NCBI GenBank assembly: GCA_002269645.1
Contig: NIVC01002429.1
Location: 1 to 64,000, forward strand
Reading direction: 5' to 3'
DNA from: Macrostomum lignano
Taxonomy: Eukaryota
Length of the DNA: 64,000 bases
Within the stretch, counting starts at the first letter, position 1. Every line of letters starts with the position of its first letter. The notes under the pieces were generated by a model. It did not search any database, was not told the origin of the DNA, and saw nothing but the letters and a program-made list of their open reading frames with translations. Below are positions 20,215-31,049 of the stretch, in pieces. The translations under genes and the position numbers were made by a program.

Positions 20215-23200
20215 TCAAGCAAAGCCCGCCATGTACAAGTCAGGTGGCCGCCGCTCTCTCGCCGACCGCCGCGGAACCGTGACCGGCTCGGCCGGTGCCG
20301 CCGGCTGCTCCTCGGGTGCCTCGTCTGCCTGCAGCTCGGGCCAGAAGGTCACCGCGTCGCCGCCAGGATCGGCCGCCTGCCCGGGCGGCTCAGCGACGGT
20401 GCCGTCGTTGTCGAAGTCGGCGGCCGGCGGCTGGTGGTCTGCTGCGGCCGGAAGCTCCAGTGACGCCCGCCGCTGCACGAAGCACTTGAGGCGGTCGTGG
20501 TGCACCACCAGCCGGCGCCTGCGGCCGGTCTCGTCCTGGATGCGGTAATTGACCTCGCCCAGGCGCCTCAGGACTCGGTACGGCCCCTTCCACTTGGCGC
20601 TCAAACACCGCGTCTGGCCGCGCTTGACGACGGAGTTGCGCAGCATCACGAGCTGGCCCTCTTCGAACGGCACAAACCGAGAGTCCTGGTTGGCCAGCCG
20701 GTTGCGCTCGGCCTGGGCGCTCCGCAGTCGGCCGTGCACCGTGTCGAAGGCGCTCTGCAGGTTCTCCTGAGTCCGCCGCAGGAAGCCGTGATGTCCACCG
20801 TCGGCTGCCGGCCGGTCGCCGCTTATCAGCCAGCTGTCGAGATCCAGCCTCGGTGGCCAGCCGTGGAGGACCTGGTACGGACTGAGGCCGATGGTGCTGT
20901 GCACGGAGGTGTTGTAGGCCCAGGTCACATATGGCAGCTTGCTGTCCCAATCCTGCTGGTTCTCGGCCACCGTCGTCGCCAGCATATCGCCGAGCGTCCG
21001 GTTGCCTCGCTCGACGATTCCGTTGCCGCTCGGATGAAACGGCGACGTGCGCGTCTTTTCGACGCCCAGCTTCTCGCAGAGCCGGCCGAACACCTCGCTC
21101 TCGAATTGCCGTCCCTGGTCACTGTGCAGCACCTGAGGAGCGCCGTGACGCAGAACCACCGACTTGAGCAGCGCATCCGCCACCGTAACCGCGTCGATCG
21201 CCGCCAGGGCTGCCGTCTCCATCCACTTGGAGAAGGCGTCGCACATGCTCAGGATGTACGCCTTGCCATCAGTCGTACGCGGAAGCGGCCCTTTGATGTC
21301 GATCTGCACCAGCTGCCACGGAGCCGTCGGCTGGCACGTCGACTGTAGCGGCGCCTTCTGCGGCTTGGTTGGACTCTTCTTGGCCAGGCAGACCGCACAG
21401 CTGGCCACCCAGTTCTCGACGTCCCGTCGCAGACCAGGCCACCAGCAGCGCTCAGACAATCTCGCTCCGGTCTTGTCGACGCCGAGGTGTCCGCTCTGGT
21501 CACACGAGTGCGCCTGCTGCAGGAAATGTGGCCGCAGATGACCGGGAATGACTGGCCGGCCACCGACCAGCAGGACTCCCGCCGAGCTCACCGAGGCCTC
21601 GTCCAGCAGCTCGCGAACCTGCGCCGCCCATGAATCGGACAGGCTGTCAATCCCTTCGGTCAGCGCCTGGAACGCCTTGCTCAGCAGCGGATCTTGCAGT
21701 TGCTCCTCGTGCAGGCGGCTGTCGTCCCACCGAGGCTGCAGGCGCGTGCCGGCCACCCGGCTCAGCGCATCCGGCACGACGTTGTCCATGCCAGGCCGGT
21801 ACAGCAGCTCGAACGAAAACTGCTGCAGCGTAGAAAGCCATCGCGCCAGCCGACCTTCGGGGTCCTTCGTTGCCAGCAGACCTTGCAGTGGCCGGTGGTC
21901 CGAGTAGACTCTGAAGCTCGGAACACTCAGCAGGTACGTCCTGAAGTGCTTCAAACTCCAGACAAGCGCCAGCAGCTCGCGGTCGGTCGCCGAGTAGTTG
22001 CGCTCGGCCTTGTTGAGGGTGCGAGAGGCGAACGCCACAGGCAGCTCGGCGTCACCGTGCAGCTGGCTGAGCACCGCGCCGACGGCGAACTGACTGCTGT
22101 CGCAGCTGAGCACAAACTGCTTGGTGAAATCTGGCAGTCGCAGCACCGGAGCTGTCGTCAGCCGGTCCTTCAACTCGCGGAACGCTCGCTCGCAGTCGCT
22201 GCTCCACGCGAAGTCCCTCGATTTCACGCTGACGTCGTGCAGGACCCTCGCCGTCTGGCTGAAGCCTGGGATGAACCGGCGGTAGAAACCCAGCATTCCA
22301 AGAAACCGCTTCACCTCCTCGTTCGTCGTTGGGCTGGGCATGCTGCGAATGGCCTCGACCTTGCCGGGATCCGGTGCGATGCCCTGCTCGCTGATCAGGT
22401 GTCCCAGGTACAGCACCCGGCGATGGCCGAACGCGCTCTTGGCCTTGTGCAGCTTGAGTCCCGCGTCTCGCAGCCGCTTAAAAACTTCCGCCAGCCTCTC
22501 TAAGTGCTCGTCGAACGTCCTGCTGAAGACAATGATGTCGTCGATATAAGTCAGCACGGACTCCCAGGACAGGCCGGACATCACCAGCTCCATGAGCCGC
22601 TGGAACGTCGCCGGGGCATTGCACATCCCGAAGCCCATCTTGCAGAATTGCATCAGGCCGCGCGTCGAATAGAAAGCCGTCTTGTACCGGTCCTCCTCCG
22701 CCACCTCCACCTGGTGGTAGCCCTGCCGGCAGTCGATGGTGGAGAACCAGGAGCATCCGACAAGCGCATCCATGGCCTGCTGCAGGTGCGGCAGCGGGTA
22801 TGCATCCTTGACCGTGCAGGCGTTGAGCTGCCGCCAGTCCGTGCACAGTCTGATGTCGCCGTTCTTCTTGCGGACCACCAGCAGGTTGCTGGCCCATGGC
22901 GATGTCGACGGTTCGATGATGCCGCTTTCCAGCATCTGACCGATCTTCTTGTCCACCTGGTCTCGCACAGACAGCGGCAGCCGGCGCTGGACCTGCCGGT
23001 GTGGCCGCGCTCCCGGCTCCAGCTCGATTTGGTGCTGCAGCAACGCCGTCGTGCCCAGGTCGTACTCGTGCCTGGCGAACAGGTCCTCGTTGCTCTCCAA
23101 CAGCTGTCGCAGCCTCGCAGCATCCGGTTCGGGCAGCTCCGCGTTGATGTTCCAACCGACGGGGTTCTCCTGGGCCGCCTCCTGGCGACCGTCCCCGTCT

Positions 23201-23931
23201 GTCATCGCGCCTTCGAACGTGCCGACCGCCTTGTTGGCGTACAGCAGCACGGGCTCCTCTGCAAGGTTGCACATTTTCACCGGGATGCGGCAGTCGTCCG
23301 AGACCGCCAGCACGCGGCCCGGCAGGACGGCAGTGGACTTCACGAAGTCCTCAGACGGCTCAAAGACTCCCTGCTCGCCGCTGGAATCCACCTTGAGCCA
23401 CACCAGCTTCTCGCTGCGGGCGGGCAGCTCCGTAGTTGCCGCCACACGCGCCACCAGGACACTCGGCACCAGGCGACAATCTGCTCGAGCCGGCTCGCTG
23501 CTGAAAGGCACAGCTGTGCCGTCGAACCTGACGACGCCTTCTTTAATGTCAATGGTCATCGCCTGCGACACCTCGCCAATGAAGTCCATGCCGATGATCA
23601 GGCTGGGCTGGATGCCGTCCACGACTGTGAAGCGATGGCGCACGCGGATGGTCTGGCCGATCGAAACATCCGCTGCTGACAGGCCAAGGCAGCGCAGCCG
23701 GGATCCGTCGACAGCCGTCGGCAGCGCACCGATGTCGGTGGAGTCGATCTTGCACTGCAGTCTGTCGAACAGTGACTTGTCCATCAACGAAACTTGCGCG
23801 CCGGTGTCGAGCAGAGCAGGCGCTGACACGCTGCCAAAGTGCACCTTCACGAAGACTGAAGGCGCTGATCTGAGGGCCCCTTTTGAGCGGGTCGGTGCTG
23901 GCCCCAGGCTGCCGACCCTCAGAAGTTTCCC
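20215..23931 (-). CDS. pol: Pol of element 2 (PR, RT, RNase H, integrase), reached by -1 frameshift
   Basis: LLDTGAQVS; PWASN, IRLCTDWRQLN, DCRQGYHQ, YIDD; SCDSS and YSDHRPLQGL; HHCC, HSDQGRQF, GIVERGN, WKGPY. The ORF (20215-24021) is open throughout and in the -1 frame relative to gag. Confidence 0.96.
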   Translation of the reverse strand, partial: GKLLRVGSLGPAPTRSKGALRSAPSVFVKVHFGSVSAPALLDTGAQVSLMDKSLFDRLQCKIDSTDIGALPTAVDGSRLRCLGLSAADVSIGQTIRVRHRFTVVDGIQPSLIIGMDFIGEVSQAMTIDIKEGVVRFDGTAVPFSSEPARADCRLVPSVLVARVAATTELPARSEKLVWLKVDSSGEQGVFEPSEDFVKSTAVLPGRVLAVSDDCRIPVKMCNLAEEPVLLYANKAVGTFEGAMTDGDGRQEAAQENPVGWNINAELPEPDAARLRQLLESNEDLFARHEYDLGTTALLQHQIELEPGARPHRQVQRRLPLSVRDQVDKKIGQMLESGIIEPSTSPWASNLLVVRKKNGDIRLCTDWRQLNACTVKDAYPLPHLQQAMDALVGCSWFSTIDCRQGYHQVEVAEEDRYKTAFYSTRGLMQFCKMGFGMCNAPATFQRLMELVMSGLSWESVLTYIDDIIVFSRTFDEHLERLAEVFKRLRDAGLKLHKAKSAFGHRRVLYLGHLISEQGIAPDPGKVEAIRSMPSPTTNEEVKRFLGMLGFYRRFIPGFSQTARVLHDVSVKSRDFAWSSDCERAFRELKDRLTTAPVLRLPDFTKQFVLSCDSSQFAVGAVLSQLHGDAELPVAFASRTLNKAERNYSATDRELLALVWSLKHFRTYLLSVPSFRVYSDHRPLQGLLATKDPEGRLARWLSTLQQFSFELLYRPGMDNVVPDALSRVAGTRLQPRWDDSRLHEEQLQDPLLSKAFQALTEGIDSLSDSWAAQVRELLDEASVSSAGVLLVGGRPVIPGHLRPHFLQQAHSCDQSGHLGVDKTGARLSERCWWPGLRRDVENWVASCAVCLAKKSPTKPQKAPLQSTCQPTAPWQLVQIDIKGPLPRTTDGKAYILSMCDAFSKWMETAALAAIDAVTVADALLKSVVLRHGAPQVLHSDQGRQFESEVFGRLCEKLGVEKTRTSPFHPSGNGIVERGNRTLGDMLATTVAENQQDWDSKLPYVTWAYNTSVHSTIGLSPYQVLHGWPPRLDLDSWLISGDRPAADGGHHGFLRRTQENLQSAFDTVHGRLRSAQAERNRLANQDSRFVPFEEGQLVMLRNSVVKRGQTRCLSAKWKGPYRVLRRLGEVNYRIQDETGRRRRLVVHHDRLKCFVQRRASLELPAAADHQPPAADFDNDGTVAEPPGQAADPGGDAVTFWPELQADEAPEEQPAAPAEPVTVPRRSARERRPPDLYMAGFA

Positions 23932-24713
23932 TGCGGCTGACCAGTTGGTGTCGGGCACACCGCGGCGGAGTGACCCTTGCCTGAGCACCGGCTGCAGCGG
24001 CTGCCGATCGCCTTTGGGCACCGCCTAGCAATGTGACCCGGCTCGCCGCAGCTGAAGCACTTAATGGGTCCCTTCTGACGCCTGTCTCTTCCGGGTGGTC
24101 CCGTTCGCACGCTGGCTGTCAGCTGCTGCATCTGCTGCTCCAGCTGGCTCAGCCGTCTGTCTTCTACCGACACCGCGGCTGATGAGGCTGTAGTTGCGTG
24201 GCTCACCAGCTCAAGCTGCGCAGCTCTGTCGACGATGGCGGCCAGCGAACACGAGTCCGCGTCCTGGTCCTTCAACAGCGCATCTCTCACGGCAGATGGC
24301 AGGAGGCGCATCAGACGAAACTTCACGTCCTTTTCCCGAGCCGCCACGGAGTCGTCCGGGCGGGCCCGAAGGTGGAGAAGCTTCAGGCTGTAAGCGAGCT
24401 CCCTCAGCGACTCGTTGGGCTGTCGCTTTCGCTCTTCAAACTCCTCCATTGCTCTGTAGCAGCTCAGACTGTTGCCGAAGCACTCGATCAGCTTCTCCTT
24501 CAGCCTTTCATAGCTGGCTGACACGTCTGCCGGCTGCTCCCAGACGAAGATTTGCGCTTCTCCTGTCACCAGCAGTCTCAGCTTCTTTGCCTTCTTCTTG
24601 TCGTCCCATTCGCAGTCGTCGGCGAAGTCCTCAAACGTGCTTAGCCACATTCTCACGTTGGAGTCGCCGCTGAACTTTGGAGGCAATAAACTGGCTTGCT
24701 CTGATTTGGCCAT
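23919..24713 (-). CDS. gag: Gag of element 2 (264 aa)
   Basis: PPKFSGD...WL..FE capsid-like start; two CCHC knuckles (CFSCGEPGHIARRC, CSRCSGKGHSAAVC). Confidence 0.95.
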   Translation of the reverse strand: MAKSEQASLLPPKFSGDSNVRMWLSTFEDFADDCEWDDKKKAKKLRLLVTGEAQIFVWEQPADVSASYERLKEKLIECFGNSLSCYRAMEEFEERKRQPNESLRELAYSLKLLHLRARPDDSVAAREKDVKFRLMRLLPSAVRDALLKDQDADSCSLAAIVDRAAQLELVSHATTASSAAVSVEDRRLSQLEQQMQQLTASVRTGPPGRDRRQKGPIKCFSCGEPGHIARRCPKAIGSRCSRCSGKGHSAAVCPTPTGQPQGNF

Positions 24714-24720
24714 ACTGAGA

Positions 24721-24732
24721 CCGCTGCCACCA
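24721..24732 (-). promoter_or_regulatory. Primer-binding site of element 2 (tRNA-Leu)
   Basis: Minus strand TGGTGGCAGCGG is complementary to the ...CCGCTGCCACCA 3' end of metazoan tRNA-Leu (AAG/UAG type), 1 nt from the 5' LTR. Confidence 0.88.
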
Positions 24733-24733
24733 G

Positions 24734-24926
24734 TGTAAGACCGTGGGTTGAATTGCAGAGAATCAAAACGTGAGGAGACCTCACTGGCTCACGCCAATAT
24801 ATTTATTGCCAAGTTGGGGTGGGTGTAACCACCCTAAGCACGCACACGCCGCAGCGCTAAACCCCAACCCCCAAACCAGCCAGACGTGCACATCTAAGTG
24901 CACGCGCACCAACAAGCCAGACTACA
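24734..24926 (-). repeat. 5' LTR of element 2
   Basis: Direct repeat of 19986-20178. Confidence 0.97.
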
Positions 24927-25153
24927 CTAGAAATGGAATATTGGGATTCATAGAAATGGGATGTTGGGATTCCTAGAAATGGGATATTGGGATTTCTGAT
25001 GTTGAGATCTTAGGGATTTCTTGAAATTGGGGGATTCTTTGGAACTTGAAATTGGTAAAGAAATAATTAGTAAGATTTTGTGTTCATTGTTCAATTAGTA
25101 ATCGTGATCGCTAATCACCAGGATCAAGAGCAGAGTGCTCACGCGAGACTCAC

Positions 25154-25601
25154 CTTCGCAAAAGTACACGTCCCACACTCTAAGCAGCGTTGGCCAGGGC
25201 AGGTTCCGCACGTATAGGCACATGAACCAATCTACCATAAAGTGCAGCGGTTCCACCTTGTACTTCACCAGATGCCTGTACACATCCGGGTACATTCGTT
25301 TCAACAGGCCGTACAAGATCTGGCCGTCGACTTGTACAGCTTCTAGTCCCGGCCTGAAGTAGTCGCGCATGTAGGTGTCGAACAGGCTGACCATGGTGTA
25401 GAAGGCGTCCAGCTCTGGCATGTGCAACAGCAGGGCGCCGGCCAGTGGCGCCATGGCCTGGCAATAGCCAACTTCCGGGTGGCAACCGGAGTAGGCTTGC
25501 AGTAGGCGGCGCAGTGCCTGCTGGCCGTGGCCCTGGTCCTGCACGAACAGCTCGTGATGAGGGAACTGCCGGCTGAGGTCTTTGTCGATTTCATCCAGTA
25601 C
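25154..25601 (-). CDS. TBC1D10: TBC1D10-like RabGAP, coding exon 2 (catalytic TBC core)
   Basis: VLDEIDKDLSRQFPHHELF (IxxDxxR arginine finger), GYCQAM (YxQ glutamine finger), WFMC, LRVWD..FCEG. CAG acceptor, GTGAG donor, phases 0 and 1. Confidence 0.95.
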
Positions 25602-26149
25602 CTGGAGGAAGTTGACGAAATCCCTATACAGCTACTTTACGACAATGTTTTACTACTAATAGTAAGATGTCGCAACCGGCTCAAGGAAAACTGAGCAAAG
25701 ATTCTTTCATGCGCAACTGGATTAGGCTGTAAACCCTACGAGTGTAAGCCTTTGTAAACGGCGCCTAAAGTCGTTTTTTTCACGCCAACAAACTGAATCT
25801 ACTTATATATTAGTATAGTAAGGCTATCGACAAAATTAATAGCATCTGGCCACTTCGCAGAACAACCGTAATTCACTACCGGTTCCGCTCCTTGCCGCGC
25901 AGGTGTAAAGGTGAAATTAGTGTAGTGAATGCTGCCAGAGAAAAGCTGAAGGCAAACTGCGTGCGTCACAGTGGCCAGTATGCTATTTTTAGTACTAGCA
26001 CAGCCCTGCATTAGCTGAAGGATTATCAACCCTGGCTTCATGACGTCCGAATCAGCTTAGCTTGAAATTGAAAGAATCGGCAAGGCGGGGACGGCAACTA
26101 ACGACGGAAGGAGAGGGGATAGAAAGAACATGGAGGAAGAGAAAGCAGA

Positions 26150-26832
26150 TAGAGGAGAGAGAGAGAGAGAGAGAAGGTAGAAGAGAGAGAAAAGGTACAG
26201 GGCAGAAACACAAGGTACAGGGGAAGAGAGACAGTAATAGGGAGAGAGAAGGTAGGGGGCGGAAGGAGAAAGCAGAAAGTGGAAAGTAGAGAGAGAGGAA
26301 AGAGAGGAGTAGAGGTAGAGAGGAAAAGAAGGCAGAGGGGAGAGCAGGCAGAGGGGAGAGCAGGCAGAGGGGGAGAGCAGGCAGGGGAGAGCAGGCAGAG
26401 GGGAGAGCAGGCAGAGGGGGAGAGCAGGCAGAGGGGGAGAGCAGGCAGAGGGGGAGAGCAGGCAGAGGGGGAGAGCAGGCAGAGGCGAGAGCAGGCAGAG
26501 GGGAAGAGCAGGCAGAGGGGGAGAGCAGGCAGAGGGGGAGAGCAGGCAGAGGGGGAGAGCAGGCAGAGGGGGAGAGCAGGCAGGGGAGAGCAGGCAGAGG
26601 GGGAGAGCAGGCAGAGGGGGAGAGCAGGCAGGGGAGAGCAGGCAGAGGGGAGAGCAGGCAGAGGGGGAGAGCAGGCAGAGGGGAGAGCAGGCAGAGGGGG
26701 AGAGCAGGCAGAGGGGGAGAGCAGGCAGAGGGGGAGAGCAGGCAGAGGGGGAGACCAGGCAGAGGGGGAGAGCAGGCAGAGGGGGAGAGCAGGCAGAGGG
26801 GGAGAGCAGGCAGAGGGGGAGAGCAGGCAGAG
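26150..26832. repeat. GA-rich tract plus 17/18-bp minisatellite (GAGAGCAGGCAGAGGGG(G))
   Basis: Directly visible; intron 1 of the TBC gene. Confidence 0.93.
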
Positions 26833-27654
26833 AACACACGGCTATTAATGAGATAGTAAAGCTCGGGACAGGCAGTGGTGCGGAAAGGACGAGATGAATT
26901 AACAAGCAGTAGCACAGCCTAAGCCCCTTGCTTCGATCTGTTCCCAATAAGAGCCGCAGGCATCCCATCCTCCCAAGGGTATTTTACCGGTGCCTGTTAA
27001 AACTGTAGATCCCGTATTCGCATTGCGGAGACCGCATCGGAGGTGGATGGAGTTCAAAGGCAAAGATATAGCAAGAAAATTGGTTGGTTGCCGGGCCAGC
27101 CCTCTATCCACTTCAGCCTAGTCCGATTATAAAAAAATAATAAAGTACACAGGAAGATCAGGGGGGAGACAGCAGCTGCCGGGATGGATAAATGATTCAA
27201 GCCCGGCAGCAAGTGCAGCAGCAGACCCATAAGCATCAAAATGCCCTTGCCCCCCCCCTACCCTTCCCCTGAGCAAATCTCCCGAATAATTGTCCCCTTG
27301 GCCTGGCTGCGCTTTGAAGGTCAGGCAACGGAAGGCGCTTTCGGAGCCTAAGGTCCGCATGGCACACGGGCTGCCTTTGACACAAAACAGGCAGCTGGCA
27401 CATCTGCGTTAACAGATAGATTCTGTCGTCTTACTAACTAAAGAGACAGTGTTTTGCTGGCAAGCTGACAACAGGGTCAGCAGCACGCATCAATTACACC
27501 CCTAAGTAGGTCGAGGCATTTTCCTAAGACCTCGAAAAACAAGGCAAAGACGAAAACTACAGGCTGGATAAGAAAAGTGAAATTATTTCGAGTTGTTATA
27601 AGGATTGCAATTAGCGACCCTTGGCTGCTGGGAAAATGACTGCGTGGATTGGCG

Positions 27655-28378
27655 TGGGACAGAAGGATGAAGGGGTGACACAGAAGGACGAAGGGGCGAG
27701 ACAGAAGGACGAAGGGGTGAGACAGAAGGACGAAGGGGTGAGACAGAAGGACGAGGGGGTGAGACAGAAGGATGAAGGGGTGACACAGAAGGACGAAGGG
27801 GTGAGACAGAAGGACGAAGGGGTGAGACAGAAGGACGAAGGGGTGAGACAGAAGGACGAAGGGGTGAGACAGAAGGACGAGGGGGTGAGACAGAAGGATG
27901 AAGGGGTGACACAGAAGGACGAATGGTTGACACAGAAGGACGAAGGGGTGACACAGAAGGACGAAGTGGTGAGACAGAAGAACGAAGGGTGAGACAGAAG
28001 GACGAATGGTTGACACAGAAGGATAAAGGGGTGAGACAGAAGGACGAAGTGGTGAGACAGAAGAACGAAGGGTGAGACAGAAGGACGAAGGGGTGAGACA
28101 GAAGGACAAAGGGTGAGACAGAAGGACAAAGGGGTGAGACAGAAGGACAAAGGGTGAGACAGAAGGACGAATGGTTGAGACAGAAGGACGAAGGGGTGAC
28201 ACAGAAGGACGAAGTGGTGAGACAGAAGAACGAAGGGTGAGACAGAAGGACGAAGGGTGAGACAGAAGGACGAATGGTTGACACAGAAGGACGAAGTGGT
28301 GAGACAGAAGAACGAAGGGTGAGACAGAAGGACGAAGGGGTGAGACAGAAGGACGAAGGGGTGACACAGAAGGAACGA
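27655..28378. repeat. 21-bp minisatellite (GACAGAAGGACGAAGGGGTGA) with 20-bp variants
   Basis: Directly visible. Confidence 0.94.
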
Positions 28379-28939
28379 ACATTATTTCAAGTAAATATTT
28401 GAAAGAAAAAGAAGAGATCTCACAGGCAGATAAAAGATGCAGAGGCAAGTGCAGCTGCAATGATAAAAGATGGCTAGCAGCAGAAGCAAAAGGACAGTCA
28501 GAAACAAATCAAAGCCAATATCAGTAGTTGCACAAACGCAGGCGGCTATACGGAACAGACTGCCTAGAATGCTGCTGCTGTGCTGCTGACAGAGTTGTCG
28601 ACCGCAGTGAAGCATAGCGGACAGAGACAGATAGGATAATCTAGCTGAGAGATCAGCCTGTGCGGCAGATAAATGCATATGCAGATAAGGATGCAGTGCC
28701 CGAGCAATACTTTTTTTGCAGAATTCACCAATGCTTAGTCTAGTTGCACTATTATGTACGAGCATATAGGACAGCAAAACAGCTCTGGGGCTGGGCTGCG
28801 ACACACTAACGAAGGAAGAAAATTATTTATAATAAGTTATGCCAGTTACGTATTCATATACACTAAACTAACTATAGGCGTTCTATTTCTCTCATTTCTA
28901 TTAATTAAACACCTTATGAAGATTGACATTTCAAGCCAT

Positions 28940-30530
28940 TTGAATTCGAATTCGAAGCATTCACATTAGAGGGATTTCAAGCATTCACATTAGAGGGATT
29001 TCAAGCATTCACATTAGAGGGATTTCAAGCATTCACATTAGGGATTTCAAGCATTCACATTAGAGGGATTTCAAGCATTCACATTAGGGATTTCAAGCAT
29101 TCACATTAGAGGGATTTCAAGCATTCACATTAGAGGGATTTCAAGCATTCACATTAGGGATTTCAAGCATTCACATTAGAGGGATTTCAAGCATTCACAT
29201 TAGGGATTTTAAGCATTCACATTAGAGGGATTTCAAGCATTCACATTAGGGATTTTAAGCATTCACATTAGGGATTTTAAGCATTCACATTAGGGATTTT
29301 AAGCATTCACATTAGGGATTTTAAGCATTCAAATTAGGGATTTCAAGCATTCACATTAGGGATTTCAAGCATTCACATTAGAGGAATTTCAAGCATTCAC
29401 ATTAGAGGGATTTCAAGCATTCACATTAGAGGGATTTCAAGCATTCACATTAGGGATTTTAAGCATTCACATTAGGGATTTTAAGCATTCACATTAGGGA
29501 TTTTAAGCATTCAGATTAGGGATTTCAAGCATTCACATTAGAGGAATTTCAAGCATTCACATTAGAGGGATTTCAAGCATTCACATTAGAGGGATTTCAA
29601 GCATTCACATTAGAGGGATTTCAAGCATTCACATTAGGGATTTCAAGCATTCACATTAGAGGGATTTCAAGCATTCACATTAGGGATTTCAAGCATTCAC
29701 ATTAGAGGGATTTCAAGCATTCACATTAGGGATTTCAAGCATTCACATTAGAGGGATTTCAAGCATTCACATTAGAGGGATTTCAAGCATTCACATTAGG
29801 GATTTCAAGCATTCACATTAGAGGGATTTCAAGCATTCACATTAGGGATTTTAAGCATTCACATTAGGGATTTTAAGCATTCACATTAGGGATTTCAAGC
29901 ATTCACATTAGGGATTTCAAGCATTCACATTAGGGATTTCAAGCATTCACATTAGAGGGATTTCAAGCATTCACATTAGGGATTTTAAGCATTCACATTA
30001 GGGATTTTAAGCATTCACATTAGGGATTTCAAGCATTCACATTAGAGGGATTTCAAGCATTCACATTAGGGATTTTAAGCATTCACATTAGGGATTTTAA
30101 GCATTCACATTAGGGATTTTAAGCATTCACATTAGGGATTTCAAGCATTCAAATTAGGGATTTTAAGCATTCTTATTAGGGATTTCAAGCATTCAAATTA
30201 GGAATTTCAAGCATCCAAATTAGGGATTTCAAGCCTTTTAATTAGGAATTTGAACATTCAAATTATGGAATTTAGCATTCAAATCAGGGATTTCAAGCCA
30301 TTAAATTATGGAATTTAAAGCATTCAAATTAGGGATTTCAAGCATTTTAATTAGGGATTTCAAGCATTCAAATTAGGGAATTTCAAGCATTTAAATTAGG
30401 GATTTCAAGCATTCAAATGAGGGAATTTCAAGCATTTAAATTAGGGATTTCAAGCATTTAAATTAGGGATTTCAAGCATTTAAATTAGAGATTTCAAGCA
30501 TTTAAATTAGGGATTTCAGGCATTCAAATT
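28940..30530. repeat. 22/24-bp minisatellite (GGGATTTCAAGCATTCACATTA(GA)), about 1.6 kb, degenerating toward the right
   Basis: Directly visible; ends about 20 nt from the exon-1 donor. Confidence 0.96.
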
Positions 30531-30555
30531 AGGATCTTCGGATAGGGATACTTAC

Positions 30556-30951
30556 CTTCTCATTAGGCTGCTTGGCCAGACATCGCTGGTACAGGTCCGG
30601 CTGGTCCCTCTGCATGAAGCAGGCGCCGCACAGGTAGTACCAGGCCCTGGCTCGCACAGAATCCGGAATGCCTTTCCTGCAGCGCTCGCGCAGCCGCGGG
30701 AACTCCTTGGCCACCACTCGGTCCCAGTTGTTGAACATGGCCAGCCATTTCTTTTCGCGTCGGCGGATTATACGGAGTGCGTCGTGACGGCGCTTGCCGC
30801 CGCCGCCGCCGCCAGCGGCAGCAGACGAGTCTGGCAGAGGCGTCGAGGGTGCGCCTGTGTAGAAGCCGTAGCGGTCGGGCACCGGTTCAGCGGCCGCGGC
30901 GCCGGCCAGACCGGCGGCGTGGGGAGGCAACGAAAAGTCACCCTGGAGCAT
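30556..30951 (-). CDS. TBC1D10: TBC1D10-like RabGAP, coding exon 1
   Basis: GCCATG start; DRYGF, RREKKWLAMFNNW, RCRKGIPDSVRARAW.YLCG motifs of the TBC1D10/EPI64 family; GTAAG donor, phase 0. Confidence 0.93.
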
Positions 30952-31049
30952 GGCGGGGCGGACTTCTCTGTCAAATATAGTGCTGCCGATTCTAGCGGGA
31001 GATGGAGGGGCCTAGAATACAACTGTTTGAGATCAAGGGTGAGAGGGAG

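Larger units (their letters stand above)
19986..24926 (-). mobile_element. Full-length, apparently intact Ty3/Gypsy LTR retrotransposon (element 2), 4941 bp
   Basis: 193-bp TG...CA LTRs at 19986-20178 and 24734-24926, identical by eye; TSD CTAG (19982-19985, 24927-24930); PBS, PPT and uninterrupted gag and pol. Confidence 0.98.

Noticed and set aside
20390-24028. Many long antisense or alternate-frame ORFs over element 2 pol
   Set aside because: Expected shadow ORFs of GC-rich coding DNA; no recognisable domains.
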